64,000 nucleotides of DNA from Nitrosopumilus sp. (lineage in GTDB: Archaea; Thermoproteota; Nitrososphaeria; Nitrososphaerales; Nitrosopumilaceae), in contig OZ245003.1 in assembly GCA_965223425.1 (NCBI GenBank), positions 672,001 to 736,000 on the forward strand. Reading direction: 5' to 3'. Position 1 is the first letter of the stretch; each line of letters opens with the position of its first letter. Under the pieces are notes generated by a model that was not told the origin of the DNA, searched no databases, and saw only the letters and a list, made by a program, of their open reading frames with translations. Below, one piece after another: positions 60,201 through 64,000 of the stretch. The translations under genes were made by a program, and so were the position numbers.

Positions 60201-63200
60201 AAGTAGGCAGTACAGACAAGACATTTGACGAGCTTGGAGGCGCATGGGGCATTACCGTAGTGGATATGGGCACCAGTACCTACGCCTTGGTCGCAGCAAA
60301 CACTGATGACGGCGTCCAGCTAGTCAACATTACCAATCCCGCAAAACCCGTCCCGACCTCCTCCTTTGGTAAAGGGGACACCGTCGAAGTAGACAATACA
60401 GAGAAGACATTTGACGGGCTTGACGGCGTACGGGGCATCACCACAGCAACTATAGGCTCCAATACCTACGCCTTGGTCGCATCATACGCTGATGACGGCG
60501 TCCAGATAATCGACATTACAGATCCCGCAAACCCTTTTCCGTCAATCTCCATTAATAACGGGGACACCGTCAAAGTAGGCAATACAAACAAGACATTTGA
60601 CAAGCTTGGAGGCGCACAGGACATTACCGTAGTGGATATAGGCTCCAATACCTACGCCCTGGTTGCAGCATACGATGACAACGGCGTCCAGATAATGGAA
60701 ATCTCGGCAAGATCTGCTGCAAGCCTGCCCACTGTGGCCCCGACCCTCGTGTCTGTTGAAAGGCACGACCCTGCCACACAAAGCACAAACGATCGCAACC
60801 CGACCTTCAGGGTAACCTTCAGCAAGGCAGTAAACAACGTGGATGCACCAGACTTTGAGACCTTAGGTGATGCCACAGCGACAGTCTCTGCTGTCACCCC
60901 GGTATCTGATACGGTATACCACGTGGAGGTAAACGTGACTGCAGACGGCATAGTCAACCTTGGCATTGATGCAGTACACAACATCCAAGATGCCGCAGGC
61001 AACTCCCTGTCCGGTACTGGGCCTACCGAGACAGACGAGCCATACACCATAGATACAGTTCCCCCAACCCTTGCATCAGTTACAAGGCACAGCCCTGCAG
61101 AGGAGGACACAAGCAACAACATCCTGGTCTTCAGGGCAAACTTCAGCGAGGCAGTCGCCAACGTGGATGAACCAGACTTTGTGATCCTGGGCAACGCCAA
61201 TATGAGCAACTTTGCAGTCACCCCCGTGCCTTCCAGCTCCAACTCCACATACGAAGTACGCGTATTTGTATTAATAGACGGCACGGTCGAACTTGGCATC
61301 AATGCTACGGCAAACGACATCACAGACGCCGCAGGCAACGCCCTGTCCGGCACGGGACCGACGGGGGCCAACGAAACATACACAGTAGATAAAGTTCTGC
61401 CAGCCCTTACATCCGTTGAAAGGCACGACCCTCTCACAGAAAACACAAACGATGACACCCCCACCTTCAGGGTAACCTTCAGCGAGGCAGTGGTTAACGT
61501 GGACCAATCAGATTTTCTGGACACAGGCAGCGCCACAGCGGCAGTCTCCGCTGTCGTCCCGGTGCCCGGCGGTAAAATATACGACGTGGGGGTAACCGTA
61601 ACTGCAAACGGCACAGTCGGCCTTTCCATCTCACTGACAACAGACATTGAGGACGCCGCAGGCAACTTAATGCGCCTTGGGCTGCCTAGCGGGGACAACG
61701 AATTATACAGCGTCTCCCTCCTCCCGCAGGCAGAAAACCGGCCTCCGACAATCACCCTAACCGGCGACAACCCTGCAACTGCAGAAAGGTACGTCACATA
61801 CACAGATGCCGGGGCAGCCTGCGCCGATCCTGACGGCGATGATATAACGCTTACCAACTCCTCTAATGTGGACACGGACACAGTATCTTTGCCGGCATCT
61901 CCTTACCGGTACACCTACTCGTGTACAGACCAACACGGGCTTGCCGCGACAAACAAGACCAGACTCGTCAGTGTGGAGGATACCGTGACACCTGTGATTA
62001 CCCTTGTCGGCCCGGCATCAGTATCGCTGACAGTGGGCGACACATACACGGAAGAAGGGGCAACCTGCACTGACTCTGGCCGTCTGCTTGGTGCTGCCAG
62101 TATCGGCGGCGCTACGGTGGACACGGCTGTCGTCAACGAGTACGATGTGGTGTATGCCTGCTCAGACGGGTACAACAACGCTATTCCGGTAACCAGGACC
62201 GTAACTGTTACAGAACCGACGACAACGCCACCAACGCCAACGCCACCAACGCCAACGCCTCCAACCCCGACTGACGACAGTGGCGCCCCCACCTTCACTG
62301 CAAGAACCGGCCCTGCCACAAACCAGGTGACTGTCACCTTCTCTGAGAACGTCAACAGCACGGCTGACTCCCATACAGCATGGGGCGTGGCAGGAAGCAC
62401 GGTCACCGCAGTCACCGGCCTTGACGGGACTGACGACACCGCAGTAATAACGCTGCAAAGCCCAATCCGGCCGCCTGATGCAACGCCTGCCGTGACATAC
62501 GATGACGATGCGGGGGACATCTCAGATGCTGCAGGCAACAGGATGCTTACCGCCACTGTCACCGCTACTGCGGGACACCCGGCGGACCTTCACATACACC
62601 TGATCGGCGATGCCTTCCTATACCACCCGTACGGGGAACCGTACACCGACGAGGGCGCCCTGTGCCATGACGCAGACGGAAATGACATAACTGACACCGG
62701 CGACTATGAAACCCTGCCGTACCTGAATCGGACGCAGACCATAAACGTCAACCTTCACGCAGATACTGCTCTTAATTTTACCCACCCCACCCAAAACCTT
62801 TACCGCCCCTTTGATCCGCAGGAGGTAACATACAACTGCACCACCCCGCTTGTATCCGTAGAGGACTCCAGGCTGGTAGCCCTGCGCGATGAAACCCCCC
62901 CTGAAATCCACCTAAACGGGCCACGCAACGTGGATCTGGAGTTGGGGGAATCATTTGGGGATCCTGATCCTGCCACGTGCACTGACACTCCTCTTAAATC
63001 CCAGATGGAACGTGTAGGCGGCCTCTTTTATCTGACTGTTCTCAGCTCTTCCCTCCCTGACGGGTACCAAAACACCGCAGGAGAGTACACGATAACCTAC
63101 ACATGTTCGGACTCTAAAGGCAACGACGCAGAGGATACAAGCAGAACGCTTCATGTAGGCACGCCTGACAACACGCCACCCGTGCTTGCAGTCAACCCCG

Positions 63201-64000
63201 GTGTGGTGACCACCCTGGAGAACGGCACGCATACCGTACGGCAGGATGTCGGCTTTGCAGCAGCAGGTGACGGCGGCCTGCAGTCCGCAGTATCCTGCAC
63301 GGACAACAGGGACGATACCCCTGCAATCACCCTTGATCCTGCCACGGTGGACACCTCGTCTGCTGGCACCCACACCGTAACGTACTCCTGTGCTGATGAT
63401 GACGGCAACCCGTCTAATGATATAACAGTCACCTGGGATTTCGGTCCTGCAGCCCCCGTGCTTGCAGTAACGCCTGAAGACACTACAGTCACGCTGGCAC
63501 TCAACGCATCATACGAGATCCCCGCAGCAGCCTGCACAGACCACAAGGACGGCGACATCACCGGCACCGGGATTGTAACTGCCATCTCCTCGCCTGGAGG
63601 CCGGACAGTCGATGCAATAGACACCTCCTCTGAGGGCACCCACGGCATAACGTACTCCTGCACGGACTCTGACGGCAACACCGTAGAGCACAACGTAGCA
63701 GTCACAGTCCGGCCTGCCACAGTTGGAAACACGCCGCCTATCATAGTGCTAAACCCGCCTGAAATCATATTTGTTCCAGTCGGAGGCAGCTTTGAAGATG
63801 CCGATACCGGCGCCACCTGCTCTGATGACCAGGACGGCTCTATAACTGCCCCTGACAAACTCACGGTGGATACTGCCGCACTTGACATCAACGTGCCAGA
63901 CACGTACCAAGTCACCTACACTTGCGAGGATTCTCAAGGCGCCTCTGACACCATATCCAGAACCGTCCACGTGTACGGATTCACCGTAAAGGGGAACATT
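57287..64000 (+). CDS. Giant modular cell-surface protein 2 (over 2238 aa, runs off the window): signal peptide, lectin-like domain, PKD, Ig-like, FSNDG propeller, 7 LVIVD-like repeats, 3 Ig-like, DUF5011-like domains, Pro/Thr linker
   Basis: TTG at 57287 after AGGAG gives MQRLIKPPFLAAA...LVLLIPLCIPPADA, homologous to the gene 1 start; same frame confirmed at 59402, 60662, 62222 and 63962 (TVHVYGFTVKGNI); absent from the ORF track because there is no stop. Confidence 0.88.
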   Translation, partial: MQRLIKPPFLAAATTTAIAMAALVLLIPLCIPPADAATDATSVPTDWSLIPSGLGDGDQFRLLITTSTKRNAASSDIAVYDTYIQNLVASGHADIQEHSSSFRVVGSTNAVDARDHTGTTYTDDDKGPPIYWLKGAKVADNYQDFYDGSWDEERSGRNEHGNELLFGSSDTVNVFTGSNDDGTKHGNSLGSSSVHVGVPNNDGGARLNPLGNVAISLSSSETHPFYGISPVFQVGSINAVPTAKISAPDTADEGTTVTLDGTSSSDDDGTISSYAWSASDASVAITNSSQKTASFTAPQVTEDTPLVITLKVTDNDGDTGSAQHTVTITNTVTDPPRFVSAELDESTGMLKITFDKTIDASGVDATKFHIRESGSVTGGVTLSAPELDTAATTTDGTALSFTLTGPNRDAVIALDDPQLEIGEGAVADVNGTRITAAFDISTARFAESFAFPLTTDNAANSISFSNDGLRMFLADARPVNVRQYALPAAFDVSGASLTRSVMLSFSNIGLSGLTFSNDGLKMFTVDILTDQVRQYALPAAFDVSGASLTRSDTLVSAMGDLAFSNDGLSVFVLQAFSSTVTRYDLSAPFNMTGASKVGSHTFGLLGVSSYGLTFSNDGHRMFITSQRDSGASHHTDTMYQYDLPTAFDTTGASLVGTLGVSPQPTGSRNTAFSNDGLEMFLLDRTNSTVHRYDLRLLYDIDRVLPPDINVVPVASFDDGDTVKVGNTNKTFDELSRPYGITTVKIGSSTYSLVASFDDDGVQIINITNPAKPVPTSSFDDGDTVTAVDGTPRTFDELDSVRDITTVKIGSSTYALVASSSDDGVQLVNITNPAKPVPTSSFDDGDTVKVGSTNKTFDKLDGAYGITTVKIGTSTYALVASFDDDGVQIVNITDPANPVPTSSFGKGDTVKVGSTNKTFDELDGALGITVVDMGTSTYALVTAYNDNGVQIVNITDPAKPVPAVSFDKGDTVEVGSTDKTFDELGGAWGITVVDMGTSTYALVAANTDDGVQLVNITNPAKPVPTSSFGKGDTVEVDNTEKTFDGLDGVRGITTATIGSNTYALVASYADDGVQIIDITDPANPFPSISINNGDTVKVGNTNKTFDKLGGAQDITVVDIGSNTYALVAAYDDNGVQIMEISARSAASLPTVAPTLVSVERHDPATQSTNDRNPTFRVTFSKAVNNVDAPDFETLGDATATVSAVTPVSDTVYHVEVNVTADGIVNLGIDAVHNIQDAAGNSLSGTGPTETDEPYTIDTVPPTLASVTRHSPAEEDTSNNILVFRANFSEAVANVDEPDFVILGNANMSNFAVTPVPSSSNSTYEVRVFVLIDGTVELGINATANDITDAAGNALSGTGPTGANETYTVDKVLPALTSVERHDPLTENTNDDTPTFRVTFSEAVVNVDQSDFLDTGSATAAVSAVVPVPGGKIYDVGVTVTANGTVGLSISLTTDIEDAAGNLMRLGLPSGDNELYSVSLLPQAENRPPTITLTGDNPATAERYVTYTDAGAACADPDGDDITLTNSSNVDTDTVSLPASPYRYTYSCTDQHGLAATNKTRLVSVEDTVTPVITLVGPASVSLTVGDTYTEEGATCTDSGRLLGAASIGGATVDTAVVNEYDVVYACSDGYNNAIPVTRTVTVTEPTTTPPTPTPPTPTPPTPTDDSGAPTFTARTGPATNQVTVTFSENVNSTADSHTAWGVAGSTVTAVTGLDGTDDTAVITLQSPIRPPDATPAVTYDDDAGDISDAAGNRMLTATVTATAGHPADLHIHLIGDAFLYHPYGEPYTDEGALCHDADGNDITDTGDYETLPYLNRTQTINVNLHADTALNFTHPTQNLYRPFDPQEVTYNCTTPLVSVEDSRLVALRDETPPEIHLNGPRNVDLELGESFGDPDPATCTDTPLKSQMERVGGLFYLTVLSSSLPDGYQNTAGEYTITYTCSDSKGNDAEDTSRTLHVGTPDNTPPVLAVNPGVVTTLENGTHTVRQDVGFAAAGDGGLQSAVSCTDNRDDTPAITLDPATVDTSSAGTHTVTYSCADDDGNPSNDITVTWDFGPAAPVLAVTPEDTTVTLALNASYEIPAAACTDHKDGDITGTGIVTAISSPGGRTVDAIDTSSEGTHGITYSCTDSDGNTVEHNVAVTVRPATVGNTPPIIVLNPPEIIFVPVGGSFEDADTGATCSDDQDGSITAPDKLTVDTAALDINVPDTYQVTYTCEDSQGASDTISRTVHVYGFTVKGNI
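59410..60710 (+). repeat. Seven approximately 180-bp tandem repeats, same family as in giant gene 1
   Basis: Recurrent GGCGTCCAG...CAACATTAC...CCCGCAAAACCCGTCCCGACCTCCTCCTTTG framework. Confidence 0.92.

Overview
This window looks like the chromosome of a Nitrosopumilus-like ammonia-oxidising archaeon (Nitrosopumilaceae). The giant adhesin-like genes and IS load suggest a host-associated (e.g. sponge) lineage, which is inference. An AT-rich core backbone (ribosomal protein/secY/adk/cbf5 cluster, pckA, SOD, ftsY, korAB, cofE, two LeuCD-type pairs, rpoD-L18e-L13-S9, SBDS-exosome operon) is interrupted by three accessory blocks. (1) A decayed island at an intron-containing tRNA-Ser(GGA), about 15.9-23.7 kb, holds a possible integrase remnant, an AbiE-like type IV toxin-antitoxin pair, an intact IS66, a 13-bp x15 tandem repeat and a nested IS66/ISH3/IS5 stack. 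(2) A GC-rich 3237-aa modular surface-protein gene lies at 39986-49699. (3) A paralogous giant gene starts at 57287, stays open to the window end and is missing from the ORF track. The strongest candidate for an undescribed system is this gene pair. Both genes share a conserved leader with a G14 tract inside an upstream ORF, and tract length decides whether that uORF overruns the start codon or stops 3 nt before it (a possible phase-variation switch). Both carry seven 180-bp repeats with near-constant framework and hypervariable loops, and they share DNA modules in shuffled order. All calls come from reading the sequence; no database searches or computations were run.
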